Shown: in pieces, positions 49,293 through 59,271 of the stretch
How the letters are laid out: every line of letters starts with the position of its first letter
How positions within the stretch are numbered: position 1 is the first letter of the stretch
Assembly (NCBI GenBank): GCA_045106415.1
Contig: JBGCEP010000001.1
Coordinates: 1-64,000 of the forward strand
DNA from: Oligoflexales bacterium
GTDB lineage: Bacteria; Bdellovibrionota_B; Oligoflexia; Oligoflexales; Bog-1112
Length of the DNA: 64,000 nucleotides
Direction: 5' to 3'
Made by a program: the position numbers and the translations under genes
The notes under the pieces: generated by a model
What the model was told of the DNA's origin: nothing
Database searches by the model: none
The model's input: only the letters and a program-made list of their open reading frames with translations

Positions 49293-49375
49293 ATGAATGA
49301 GAAGCTTAGGAATTTCTCATCATAAAGCGTTATGATCATTGAGTTGTACTTTCGCAAAATGGGATTGGGAGTCGT

Positions 49376-50284
49376 ATGTTTCGTTTTATTCGTCCTTTGT
49401 TTTATATGTTGTTGGTCAATATATTAATTATGGTGATGATCAATATTATTCTCGGTGCTTTGGGTGTAAGCCCAAGTATGGGTGGATACGGTCGTCCTGT
49501 ACAGTATGAGTCTCTGCTTATTTTCTGCTTTGTTTGGGGAATTGCTGGGGCTTTTATTTCATTGCAAATGTCACGGTGGCTGGCAAAAAGAATGCATGGT
49601 TTAGAAATGGTGGATGAAAATCACCGTTATTCTGCTTTGTGTCGTAGGGTTCATGATTTAGCGACTCGAGCGGGTCTTCCTGCTATGCCTGAGGTGGCAG
49701 TGTATGAGAGTCCTGAAGTGAATGCCTTTGCAACAGGGCCTTCTAGGAGTCGTTCATTAGTGGCTGTGTCGACAGGGTTATTGAGGCAAATGGATGCTAA
49801 GGAAGTTGATGGAGTGCTTGCTCATGAAGTCTCTCATATTGCTAACGGTGATATGGTTGTCATGACTCTTGTTCAAGGCGTTGTGAACGCATTTGTTATG
49901 TTTTTTGCACGTGTCGCTACTTTATTTTTAGATCAAATGCTTCGTGGGGATGACCGAGAAGAAGGTGGTGGTCTTGGCTATTTTGGTTCTATTATGGTGA
50001 ACCAACTTCTTCATGTTGTTTTTGGCTTGTTGTCTTATCCGCTTGTGGCTTGGGTTTCTCGCCAAAGAGAGTATCGAGCTGACGCTGGTGGTGCGAGTCT
50101 AGCAGGTCCAGGGAGCATGGTCGCAGCTTTAGAGCGGTTAAAACAGTCATACCCGAGCTTAGAATCTCGCGAGGCGTCGACGCAGGTGATGAATATATCT
50201 GGTCGTTTGAGCTCTTGGAGTGAATTGATGTCGACGCATCCAAGTCTTGATGATCGTATTGCACGGCTCCGGCGCCAACTTTAG
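49376..50284 (+). CDS. htpX: Membrane zinc protease HtpX (M48)
   Basis: NAFATG, HEVSH, REYRAD, STHP motifs. Confidence 0.95.
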   Translation: MFRFIRPLFYMLLVNILIMVMINIILGALGVSPSMGGYGRPVQYESLLIFCFVWGIAGAFISLQMSRWLAKRMHGLEMVDENHRYSALCRRVHDLATRAGLPAMPEVAVYESPEVNAFATGPSRSRSLVAVSTGLLRQMDAKEVDGVLAHEVSHIANGDMVVMTLVQGVVNAFVMFFARVATLFLDQMLRGDDREEGGGLGYFGSIMVNQLLHVVFGLLSYPLVAWVSRQREYRADAGGASLAGPGSMVAALERLKQSYPSLESREASTQVMNISGRLSSWSELMSTHPSLDDRIARLRRQL

Positions 50285-51129
50285 TCAAGTGTGGTTGTTG
50301 TTGTGTTTTGAGAGAGATAGCTGATGAGTTTGTCCTCATCGCTATCTCCGCTTTGTCCGTCAATTTCAGTTAGAATTGCATTGATTTTTGCTGCTCCATC
50401 CGCAGTTTCTGATGAATTTCCAACTCCGTTTGAAGAAGACATGGCAGCAGAGGCTGCTCTTAATTGATTTAAAATAGACCCTGATGACCCACTCCCTTGA
50501 AGAGCAAGAACTTCAGAAGCAGATATTTCTCCATCAGCATTCAAGTCTAGAGCTTTTGTCACAAGAGAAACGCTTGAGGTGAGAAAAATCGCCTCTTTAT
50601 AACTGTCAGACTCAGAGTAATTTATAGATTCAATCGACTGTAAGAGCATAATGGAAACGTCGAGACCTAAGATGTTGTCCGCTGTGGCTGCCGGTAGTAT
50701 AGGGAAAAGCTTCGTAACATCGTTTCCAGTTGAGCTCGTTGCTGTCGCGCTCTCCTCTGAATCAGAGCGTGCAAGCGTGAGTGCAACATCAAGTGGGTCA
50801 ATTCCATGGAGTTGAGCGTGGGCACTTGATAGCATCGAAATAACTTCAAAAATGTGTTTAACATCGCCTTCTCCTTGAAGGCGGTACATCTCTGTTGTGA
50901 GGCTAGTTTTAGTGGTGCTAAGGCTTGTATTTGTGTCTATAGCGTTATAGATAGATGTGTAATCACTTCCTAAGGCACCTAGAAGGATTTCGATAGCGGC
51001 TCCTGCTTCTTGTGCTTCGAGTCGTAATGCTGCCTGAGCGGCTGCGTTATTAGGTTCTAGAGCTTTGAAGGAATTGACTCCGCATCCTTGAGTTATTGTG
51101 AATAACATGAGAAAAGTCAGATTTTTCAT
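50281..51129 (-). CDS. Hypothetical helical lipoprotein
   Basis: Lipobox TQGC; DLNADGEIS EF-hand-like loop. Confidence 0.7.
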   Translation of the reverse strand: MKNLTFLMLFTITQGCGVNSFKALEPNNAAAQAALRLEAQEAGAAIEILLGALGSDYTSIYNAIDTNTSLSTTKTSLTTEMYRLQGEGDVKHIFEVISMLSSAHAQLHGIDPLDVALTLARSDSEESATATSSTGNDVTKLFPILPAATADNILGLDVSIMLLQSIESINYSESDSYKEAIFLTSSVSLVTKALDLNADGEISASEVLALQGSGSSGSILNQLRAASAAMSSSNGVGNSSETADGAAKINAILTEIDGQSGDSDEDKLISYLSQNTTTTTLD

Positions 51130-52251
51130 TTAAATTCCTAGTGAAATTTTTGCGTAATATCGAGAGTCAGGCCGAATACCTGCTTGTTCGCCGAATTCTT
51201 CAGAGTATCCACCTAAATCAAGTCGAAGAACCCTTGTGTCAATATAAAAACCAAACGTTGGATACCCTTGATTTAATCCACTCATAAATCCAAAAGAATC
51301 TTTTAATGTGAGCTCTGTTCCAATGTGGAGCTTTTTAGCAAGTGTGTGTCCTGTGGCGCCGAGGATGTCGTGAATATCTAAAAGCATTTTAAATTTACTG
51401 AGCTTTGTTCCTGGGACCATAGCAAACCCAAGATTGACAGTTTGTTTTGCATCTTTCAACGGGCGCTCAGACCGAGGTAATTCTGTGGGTTGAGTTGGAG
51501 TCCAGCGAGTGTTACCAGCATTTTTTATTGTGACGCCAAAGCCTAAAGGAGTTCGGCCTCTTGTTCGGTACATAAACCCTAAATCAACGCTGCTTCCTGT
51601 GCCAACCATAGCTAAGTCACCACCTTGGAGTTGTTGAATCCTGTCTGCTTCAGTTGCGTTCGCGTAGAGTCCACCCTCTGTTCGTTGTGTATATTTTCCT
51701 GTGAGGCCTACAAACATGGTTTTTGATCCTAAAAAGCTTGATGCTAATGTGAAAGTAGCCCCAGCCTCAGCGAAAGCATGCCCGTAAATAGTCTCAAAAC
51801 CTCCTTGCGACCAATCTTTTGCTAATAAAATAGAATTCTCATTATGGATATAAGCGCCAAACGCAGATTTTCGGAGTATAATTCCAGTGAAATTCGTTAC
51901 GCTAGAGTGTTGGACTTTTCCTGAGTTTTGACGAAGTGTGTCTGTAGGGTTTTTATCTTGCAGGCCAATCTGTTTTGCTACGTCACGTGTTGCTGTTGAC
52001 ACCTGTAGAAGCGGTGAAGCAAGAACGAATCGTTTGAATATCCCTTTTCCAACGGCAATACCCGCAGGATTGTAAAAAATTGCCTCTTCATCATCAGCGA
52101 GTGCGATTCCTGTGTCACCACGGCCTAAAAAGTATCCACTCCTATAAACATAGGGGTATTCGCTAGGGCCTGCAAAAAGAGGTGATGCAAATGTAAATAA
52201 AAACAAGTACAGCTGTTTTTTAATTGTGGCCCTGAGAGTGAAAAGTCTCAT
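51130..52251 (-). CDS. Outer-membrane beta-barrel, TraF_2-like family
   Basis: Signal peptide; LGRGDTGIALADD..AIFYNPAG plug motif; GLNQGYPTFG..EEFGEQAG..RYYAKISLGI C-terminus. Confidence 0.7.
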   Translation of the reverse strand: MRLFTLRATIKKQLYLFLFTFASPLFAGPSEYPYVYRSGYFLGRGDTGIALADDEEAIFYNPAGIAVGKGIFKRFVLASPLLQVSTATRDVAKQIGLQDKNPTDTLRQNSGKVQHSSVTNFTGIILRKSAFGAYIHNENSILLAKDWSQGGFETIYGHAFAEAGATFTLASSFLGSKTMFVGLTGKYTQRTEGGLYANATEADRIQQLQGGDLAMVGTGSSVDLGFMYRTRGRTPLGFGVTIKNAGNTRWTPTQPTELPRSERPLKDAKQTVNLGFAMVPGTKLSKFKMLLDIHDILGATGHTLAKKLHIGTELTLKDSFGFMSGLNQGYPTFGFYIDTRVLRLDLGGYSEEFGEQAGIRPDSRYYAKISLGI

Positions 52252-52371
52252 GAAATCTCCTGTGAGATTTTCATCGGATGCATTTCAAAAGAGATCAATT
52301 ATGGAAATGATATCTCTTGAAAAATAGAGCTGTAACTCATCGTGTTTTTTGGATGAAGTATGATTTTGTAT

Positions 52372-52560
52372 GAAAACGCAAGGCCCCCGTTGAGGGGCCT
52401 TATAATCCCAGCTGCCTAATGTGGTATGAAATTTTGTGATGATTTTTTGATGAGACTGTACTTGAAGCAAATAACACGGGAAGGAACTGTATGCAGCAGC
52501 TGTTCTTATTTGAATAGCTTCGATCGACGTTTTGGATCAATAGATCTTTGCGTGACCGGA
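52372..52560 (-). ncRNA. Candidate intergenic sRNA
   Basis: TTGACA-N17-TACAAC promoter (52567-52595) and AAGGCCCC-n6-GGGGCCTT hairpin (52380-52401) followed by GCGTTTT; no RBS-led ORF. Confidence 0.35.
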
Positions 52561-52664
52561 AGGAATGTTGTAGCTTTTTGAGGGTTAAGTGTCAACCTAT
52601 TATGAATTTTTTTAAGAATTATTTGTTTTCCCCAACCACAAGGTGATTGTGGTTGGGTGTTGAA

Positions 52665-54935
52665 TTAGAGTAAACCAGCGACAGGTGGGCGTAGCATCTG
52701 TTGTCTAAGGCGAGCAGCAGAGTCTGAGAGAGGCCCAAGCTTTGCTTGTGCAAGAGATTGTAACCATGATGAAGATCGATAAATGAGTCCTGTCATATCT
52801 CCGCCTGCAAAGCGAGGAGAAGCATGCAGAGCAACCATGTCTTCCCATGGTGTTTCCATGAGCCAAGCTTCAGCAAGTGTTGATCCTTTTTCATTAAATT
52901 CTTTGTATTCGGGTTCAGCGTTGTCCCAGTGGTGACCCTGACTTTGAAAGTCATACATCGAAGGGAATAAGAATAATGGGTATAGTTCTGACAGGGTGAA
53001 TAAGATGTCTTTTTTCTTATAGAGAAGTTGAGCGCGTGAGGCTTGTGGTTTTTTATAGGATGCAAGTGATAATGCAGCAGAAATTTTGACAAATTCCATG
53101 AGGTTATCTTCGTGTAACTCTCCAGATGTAATTAAGTCAGCAACATAAAGTCCGCCAGGTTGAGGGAAGTATCGAGCAAGGGAGCCGAAGTCAGTGAGTT
53201 GATCCTTTTCATCAAGAGCATTGATTTTATGAAGGTGGCGATGCAGTTTTCCAAGAGGGTTGCCTTGCTTTGTATCACTGCGTTGTTTGAGAGCCTCAAT
53301 ACAGGCTGTGCGTTGAGGGCACTGTGTGCAACGTCGTTGGTGTTTAGGGCGTGTGATTTCATGTGTTGGATTTCCGCAGAAGGATGGAGCTCCAAGTTTG
53401 TCATTCATATACTTTGGTGTCGCGAGTCGAAGTTTAGATTGTTTTCTTTGTAGTTTGAAAAAACTGTGATCATAAAAACGCTCAATACGCTCTAGGGTAT
53501 AGCCGCTACCGATGAGCCCAAGAAAAGTTGCAGGGTCTATTTTAAGTTGACTTCTACAAATTTCACGGCGTGGTTGCCCAAGAACTTGCCATGATTTGAG
53601 AGTTGGCCAACATGTATAACCGATAGCGTCTCTTCCTCTTCGCCCTGCTCGCCCGTTCATTTGCAGAACATCAGTGGCAGTATAACGCGTGAATCCGTCT
53701 TCTCCTGGACGGTCGAGATCACTTATGAGGGAGGATCGTACCGAAAAGTTGATTCCTAAACTGAGGCCCATAGTCGCCGTGCAAATGTTAAGAAGACCTT
53801 GTTTGACCAATGATTCAACTGCGACTCGCCCCATAGGAGTGAGTCCTGAGTGGTGATAGCCTACACCGTATTTTGTCATGATGTTGTGAAGACCAGATGG
53901 CATATAACCAAGACACTGAGTTTCACTGTGTAGTTTATCCAGTGCATTTTTGATAGCAGTGCACTGATCTTTTTCAAGAGGGGGAAACTCTTCGGCTATA
54001 GCAAACGCTAATTCTTCACAATCTCGACGAGTGCCTGCATAGACGATCCCTGGAGTTAAGCCTTGTTGATGAAGAACGGTGATTTTTTGTGGTAATGACT
54101 GAGAGGCTTTTGTTTCACGAATTCGTTTTTTTCGAGGAACCTCATCCCCTAAAATCCAGTGATCATCTACCCAGACTAAATCTTGAAGGGGGACTGGCCT
54201 TTTCTCAACTTGAAGAACAATACAAGGACGATCAAAGAGCTGTTCAAGCCATGTCGCGAATTCCTCTGGGTTTGCGACAGAGGCTGAGAGAAGCAGTGTT
54301 TGGCATGATGGAGGAGTTAGGATGAGAGCTTCTTCCCAGGCGCTTCCTCGGCTTGAATCGTGGAGGTAGTGATATTCATCAAAGACAACAAGTTGTCTCC
54401 TCATGTCAGGTTCTACGCCGAGTAGAGAGTTTCTGTAGGACTCCAAAGTTGCCACAACAATAGGGGCGTCAAGATTTTCTTTTAAGTCTCCCGTTGAAAT
54501 ACCGACATTTTCTTTTCCGTAAAGAGCGCGGAACTCTCGAAGCTTGTCGTTGGTAAGGCTTTTAACAGGGCAGGTATAACAAGCTCGAAAATCTGGATGA
54601 TCGAGATTCTGACGGAAGAATTCTTCTACGGCCCGTGTCTTCCCAGCTGTTGTTGGTGCGTCAATGATGACGTTAGCTCCACCAGTTAAGGCATCAACAG
54701 TGTCTTGTTGCCAAGGGTCTAACAGGCCTTTGTCAGTTGTTTCAAGAGGTCCCTTGTTACGGTAACTTTCTAGAAGTTTGTGTGTTTTTTCGAGCGCGCT
54801 CCCCCAGTTTTTTTGTGAAGAAGGTGGCTGAAAAGATGATTTTGTGCGCGGTGAACCTTCTTTATGGAAGTGTTTTTTTGTCGGTGCTTTTTTAGAATGA
54901 TTTTTTTTGCTGGATTTTTGTTGTTTAGGAGGCAT
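52665..54935 (-). CDS. Ski2-like DExH-box RNA helicase (HelY-like)
   Basis: APTTAGKT, DEYH, LSAS, YHHSGL, QMNGRAGRRG. Confidence 0.9.
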   Translation of the reverse strand: MPPKQQKSSKKNHSKKAPTKKHFHKEGSPRTKSSFQPPSSQKNWGSALEKTHKLLESYRNKGPLETTDKGLLDPWQQDTVDALTGGANVIIDAPTTAGKTRAVEEFFRQNLDHPDFRACYTCPVKSLTNDKLREFRALYGKENVGISTGDLKENLDAPIVVATLESYRNSLLGVEPDMRRQLVVFDEYHYLHDSSRGSAWEEALILTPPSCQTLLLSASVANPEEFATWLEQLFDRPCIVLQVEKRPVPLQDLVWVDDHWILGDEVPRKKRIRETKASQSLPQKITVLHQQGLTPGIVYAGTRRDCEELAFAIAEEFPPLEKDQCTAIKNALDKLHSETQCLGYMPSGLHNIMTKYGVGYHHSGLTPMGRVAVESLVKQGLLNICTATMGLSLGINFSVRSSLISDLDRPGEDGFTRYTATDVLQMNGRAGRRGRDAIGYTCWPTLKSWQVLGQPRREICRSQLKIDPATFLGLIGSGYTLERIERFYDHSFFKLQRKQSKLRLATPKYMNDKLGAPSFCGNPTHEITRPKHQRRCTQCPQRTACIEALKQRSDTKQGNPLGKLHRHLHKINALDEKDQLTDFGSLARYFPQPGGLYVADLITSGELHEDNLMEFVKISAALSLASYKKPQASRAQLLYKKKDILFTLSELYPLFLFPSMYDFQSQGHHWDNAEPEYKEFNEKGSTLAEAWLMETPWEDMVALHASPRFAGGDMTGLIYRSSSWLQSLAQAKLGPLSDSAARLRQQMLRPPVAGLL

Positions 54936-54937
54936 AG

Positions 54938-55624
54938 CTATCCTTGATTGACAGAGTGAAGGCCGAGTGTGAAAAAGCGTTTGCGAACAAGTTGGTCGAC
55001 AGTTGTTTTGAGTTCGGAGATTGGTTTGTCGGTGTTGATGATGATTTGTGCGTGATACTTTTTCTCTTCTTGTGAGGCTTGAGTATGAATCAGTGCTTCT
55101 GCTTCATTGTAACTTATATGGTCACGTCCCATGAGACGAATGATTTGGGTGCTTTTTGGGCAGTCTGTAAGCCAAAGATCCCGAAAATCGGATATTTTGT
55201 TTTTTTCAATGAGGAGAGCCGCCTCGTAGAACCAAGGTTGTGGATTGTCAAAGAGACCTTTTGAGTAAAGTTTATAGAAAAGTTGTTCTTGTATTGCGGG
55301 GTGCATGACTTCTTCAAGCCTGTCTTTGTCTTGTGGTGATTCTTGTATTTTTTTTCGTAGACTTCTGCGATTGAGGGAGCCGTCTTTATGTAAAATCTCA
55401 TCGCCAAATAATGCGGCAATTTCAAGCAGTGCGACCGCTCCAGGTTGTACAACTTCGCGAGCAAGTTGGTCTGCATCAATGACGATATGTTGAGACCCTA
55501 AGAGTCGAGCAATTGTTGATTTCCCTGTCGCAACACCACCAGTTAAGCCTATGCCGTAGCAGCGACATATGGAGGATAATATTTTTTTATCGATGGGCAC
55601 AAAGCTTCCTTCAAAAAGAATCAC
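54938..55624 (-). CDS. coaE: Dephospho-CoA kinase
   Basis: IGLTGGVATGKST, IDADQLAR, MHPAI, RLMGRD. Confidence 0.93.
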   Translation of the reverse strand: MILFEGSFVPIDKKILSSICRCYGIGLTGGVATGKSTIARLLGSQHIVIDADQLAREVVQPGAVALLEIAALFGDEILHKDGSLNRRSLRKKIQESPQDKDRLEEVMHPAIQEQLFYKLYSKGLFDNPQPWFYEAALLIEKNKISDFRDLWLTDCPKSTQIIRLMGRDHISYNEAEALIHTQASQEEKKYHAQIIINTDKPISELKTTVDQLVRKRFFTLGLHSVNQG

Positions 55625-55709
55625 TTCTTTATAGTGCTTTCAAAGAAGGATTTCTACTCTTCACATCTAATTAAGGTAAAATATCAATAAATTTATCATT
55701 GAGGTGTGT

Positions 55710-56492
55710 ATGAGTGTGACATATGGTGAATATCTATGTTTGGATCATGTTTTAAATGCCCAGAAGCCTCGATCATCCGATGAACATGATGAAATGCTTT
55801 TCATAGTGATTCACCAAACGTATGAGTTGTGGTTTAAACAAATTTTACATGAGTATGAAAGTCTTGTGATCGGCATGCAGGAGGATAATGCGTTTCGTGT
55901 TCTTTCAGACTTACAAAGAATACTTGTTATTATGAAGTCTTTAGTAAAGCAAATTGATGTGTTAGAGACGATGAAACCTATGTCTTTTTTGGGTTTTCGC
56001 AAGAATTTAGGAACATCAAGCGGTTTTCAATCTGTACAGTTTAGAGCGATTGAATTTTCTTTAGGGCACAAAAAGAGACAAAGTATTGATCAGCTGAACT
56101 CGACGGATGAAGAAAAGCAAAAGTTAGAAAAATTATGGATGCAACCATCTTTATTTGATCATTTGCTGCTGTGGATAGAAAGAAGTGATCCAGGAAGTGT
56201 TCCTGAAGATGTGCTTGGTCGTGATGTGACTCAAACATATAAAGGAGATGAAAGAGTGGAAGATTTAATTTTAGAGCTTTATAAAAAAAATGATTTCTTT
56301 TCACTTATTTTTGAGCACTTAATGGATTGGGACGAAGGACTTCAAGAGTGGCGATATCGCCATGTGAAGTTGGTTGAAAGAACAATGGGGGGAGTACGTG
56401 GGACAGGAGGATCAGCTGGTATTGAATATCTCAAAAAGAGTTTATTTAGACCTAGTTTTCCAGATCTATGGAACTTACGGGCAAAATTTTAG
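55710..56492 (+). CDS. kynA: Tryptophan 2,3-dioxygenase
   Basis: YGEYL, HDEMLFIVIHQTYELWFK, SGFQSVQFR, WRYRH, GTGGSAG. Confidence 0.95.
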   Translation: MSVTYGEYLCLDHVLNAQKPRSSDEHDEMLFIVIHQTYELWFKQILHEYESLVIGMQEDNAFRVLSDLQRILVIMKSLVKQIDVLETMKPMSFLGFRKNLGTSSGFQSVQFRAIEFSLGHKKRQSIDQLNSTDEEKQKLEKLWMQPSLFDHLLLWIERSDPGSVPEDVLGRDVTQTYKGDERVEDLILELYKKNDFFSLIFEHLMDWDEGLQEWRYRHVKLVERTMGGVRGTGGSAGIEYLKKSLFRPSFPDLWNLRAKF

Positions 56493-56493
56493 C

Positions 56494-57588
56494 TCAGATC
56501 GTTGTTCTGGAGGTTTCAGAGTTGTCGCCATTAAAGGCTGCTACACTTTTTTTGTACTCTTTCCATTGACCAATATCTGCGTAAGAAGTCTCACTGACTG
56601 GGTAGACGCCGACTTTTCTTTGTTTTTCGGTGAGATGAGTGATCAGATCCGTGATGTGAAAAATACCGTCCTTAGGAATTAGGTTCAGAGCTTTTGTTTC
56701 CAATACATAGATGCCAGTATTGATGGTGACGGTGTATTTGGGTTTTTCTACAATTTCTTCTAAATGCCCTTGTTCGGTGAATTTCACAACTCCATATGGG
56801 AGAATGTGAGATTGTAAAGAACCAATGACTGTAATCTCATTGTTCTGAGCTTGGTGGAATTTGACTATGTCTGAATAGTCAGCATCAACCATGATGTCAC
56901 AGTTTGAAAGAATAAACGTCTCACTTTGAAGTTTAGGAAGGAGGCATAAGCCTCCCCCTGTGCCACGAGGTGTTTCTTCCCATATATAATGTATTTTACA
57001 AGGTTTGTTTGTGCTTTCTAGCCATGATTTGATGAGGTTTCCCTTGTAGTTGAGGACAATGTAAAATTCATCAACGCCTAAGGCCAGAAAGCGATCAATG
57101 ATGTGTTCAAGAATAGGTTTTTCGCCAACCGGAATGAGTGGTTTAGGAAGAACTCTAGTGAAAGGGTCTAAGCGAGTTCCTTTTCCTCCAGCCATGATGA
57201 CAACAGGTGTTTTTAGTGTGGAAGGGGTGTCAGGATTAATCGTGAAGAAGGTGTCCCACAAGACTATATCAACTACATGGCCATTTTTGGATAAAACAGG
57301 AACAGCTTCGACCCGACTCTTAAGTATGAGTTCTTGTGCTTCTTCTTTTTGAAAGCCTTCTTCTAGAAGAATTGGAGAGCGATTTGTGCAGCTTTCAACA
57401 GTGCCAGAAACCCCAGCTGTTTTGAGAATCTGCCGACGGATATCTCCGTCGCTAATAACTCCTAGAAACTTATGATCCGTATCTATGACGATCAGAAGTT
57501 GTAACCCTGTTTTATCCATTTGAATCATGGCTTCATACAGAGAGGTTTCTGACAAAATTTGGACAGCTTTGATCTCTTGTGGTGTCAT
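56494..57588 (-). CDS. CBS-domain sugar-phosphate nucleotidyltransferase
   Basis: N-terminal CBS pair (ISDGDIRR), MAGGKGTRL, PKPL, DIG; ATG 57588 has an RBS. Confidence 0.9.
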   Translation of the reverse strand: MTPQEIKAVQILSETSLYEAMIQMDKTGLQLLIVIDTDHKFLGVISDGDIRRQILKTAGVSGTVESCTNRSPILLEEGFQKEEAQELILKSRVEAVPVLSKNGHVVDIVLWDTFFTINPDTPSTLKTPVVIMAGGKGTRLDPFTRVLPKPLIPVGEKPILEHIIDRFLALGVDEFYIVLNYKGNLIKSWLESTNKPCKIHYIWEETPRGTGGGLCLLPKLQSETFILSNCDIMVDADYSDIVKFHQAQNNEITVIGSLQSHILPYGVVKFTEQGHLEEIVEKPKYTVTINTGIYVLETKALNLIPKDGIFHITDLITHLTEKQRKVGVYPVSETSYADIGQWKEYKKSVAAFNGDNSETSRTTI

Positions 57589-57750
57589 AGTATCCCTAAT
57601 CATTTTGATTTTTAAGCACTCTCTTAAGATAGCGGAATGAGGTTTCTGGATCAATCTTATCCGGTATGCTTGGGAGCCAGTCAAGACTGTGATAATCTTT
57701 TGACACATAGATATTGACCACACAACTTGTTTTATGACTGGAGATATACC

Positions 57751-59271
57751 TTGAAGGTTTTGTTTTTAAATCCGCCGTTTATGGCTAATTTTTCTAGAGA
57801 ATCTCGAAGTCCAGCTGTCGCAAAGAGTCGCACGCTCTACTACCCTAAGTGGTTAGCGCATGCTGCAGGTGTGGCAATAAAAGAGGGGCATGAAGTTGAT
57901 TTTATTGATGCACCTGCTGCGCCTTTTGACACTAAGTATGTGATTGATCGTATGCGTTCGAAAAATATTGAAGCTGTGGTTGTAGAAACATCAACGCCAA
58001 GTATTATTAATGATATTGAAGTTGTTGAAGAGATCCATGCAGCGTTACCAAACGTTCACATGATGATGGTGGGCCGACACGTGTCGGCGCTGCCGAATGA
58101 AACCTTTGAACAGACTCCAAGTTTAAAAGTGATTGCTCTCAGAGAGTATGACTATACGGTTAGGGATTGGTTGGCTGCTTTGGAGTCAGGGGCATCTCTT
58201 GATAGTGTTGCCGGTTTGATGTGGAAAAATGATCGCGGCGAGCTTATTAAAAATGAAAAAAGACCTGTGATTGAAAATCTTGATGAACTTCCTTTTGTAT
58301 CAGAAGTTTATAAAAGATTTTTGCATGTCCCAGATTATTTTTATGGACACTCTTACTGGCCTATTGTGACTTTTGATACCAGTCGTGGTTGCCCTTATCG
58401 TTGCACATTCTGTCATTACCCACAGACGTTTAGTGGTCATCGTATGCGTTATCGTTCTGTGGAAAATGTAGCCGATGAATTTGACTACATTCGAAGAGAA
58501 TTGCCTGATGTAAAAAATATTATGTTTGAAGATGATACTTTTATTATTGATGTTGATAGAACAGAGCGTTTAGCTGATGAGCTGATTAAACGTAACAACC
58601 CAATTCCATACACGAGTAATGTTCGCGCAAATGTAAATGCAGATGTGCGTTTCTTTAAAAAGCTCCGTAAGAGTGGAGCGAGAATGTTCTGTGTCGGAAT
58701 TGAGAGTGGTGACGATGAAGTTTTAAAACATATGAAAAAGGGTTTAAACCTAGATAAAACTCATGACTTCATGAAGAATTGTCGCGACTCTGGGATTATG
58801 GTTCATGGGTGTTTCATGGTAGGAAACCTTAATGAAACTAAAGAGACGATGCAAAAAACTCTAGATCTTGCCTTACAGCTGAGACCTGATACAGCGCAGT
58901 TTTATCCTATCATGGTGTATCCAGGAACGGCTGCATATGAAGAGGCAAAAGTAAAAGGGTATTTGAGCACAGAGGACTATAGCCAATGGTTGACTTCTGA
59001 TGGTTTGCACAACAGTGTTGTGAATCTACCAAATATTTCTCATAGAGAGCTGGTTGAGTTCTGTGATCATGCCCGGATTAAATTTTATCTCAATCCCCGT
59101 TATATTGCTTTTAAAGCCTGGCAGTCTTTGAAAGATCCGCGAGAACTTGTTCGTAATGTCATGGGATTTCAAAAACTAGTGAAATATCTTATTATGGGCT
59201 CTTTTTCGGCTGATGATAAAGCGAATAAAGAATCAGAAGTAGGAACGAAAACGGCAACTGCAGGTGGTTGA
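57751..59271 (+). CDS. B12-binding radical SAM protein (HpnJ-like)
   Basis: LFLNPP, YYPKWLA, SRGCPYRCTFC, FEDDTF, GIESG, YPGT; GGAGA RBS before TTG. Confidence 0.88.
   Translation: MKVLFLNPPFMANFSRESRSPAVAKSRTLYYPKWLAHAAGVAIKEGHEVDFIDAPAAPFDTKYVIDRMRSKNIEAVVVETSTPSIINDIEVVEEIHAALPNVHMMMVGRHVSALPNETFEQTPSLKVIALREYDYTVRDWLAALESGASLDSVAGLMWKNDRGELIKNEKRPVIENLDELPFVSEVYKRFLHVPDYFYGHSYWPIVTFDTSRGCPYRCTFCHYPQTFSGHRMRYRSVENVADEFDYIRRELPDVKNIMFEDDTFIIDVDRTERLADELIKRNNPIPYTSNVRANVNADVRFFKKLRKSGARMFCVGIESGDDEVLKHMKKGLNLDKTHDFMKNCRDSGIMVHGCFMVGNLNETKETMQKTLDLALQLRPDTAQFYPIMVYPGTAAYEEAKVKGYLSTEDYSQWLTSDGLHNSVVNLPNISHRELVEFCDHARIKFYLNPRYIAFKAWQSLKDPRELVRNVMGFQKLVKYLIMGSFSADDKANKESEVGTKTATAGG

Noticed and set aside
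51130..52251. Conjugative element implied by the TraF-like gene
   Set aside because: No other tra genes, relaxase or T4SS; chromosomal context
52420..52433. ATTTCATACCACA word shared with E. coli 6S RNA (minus strand)
   Set aside because: Wrong position in the transcript, and no long 5'/3' rod could be built
52631..52657. 11-bp hairpin after the helicase as an intrinsic terminator
   Set aside because: The stem is real, but there is no U-tract on the helicase strand; function unassigned
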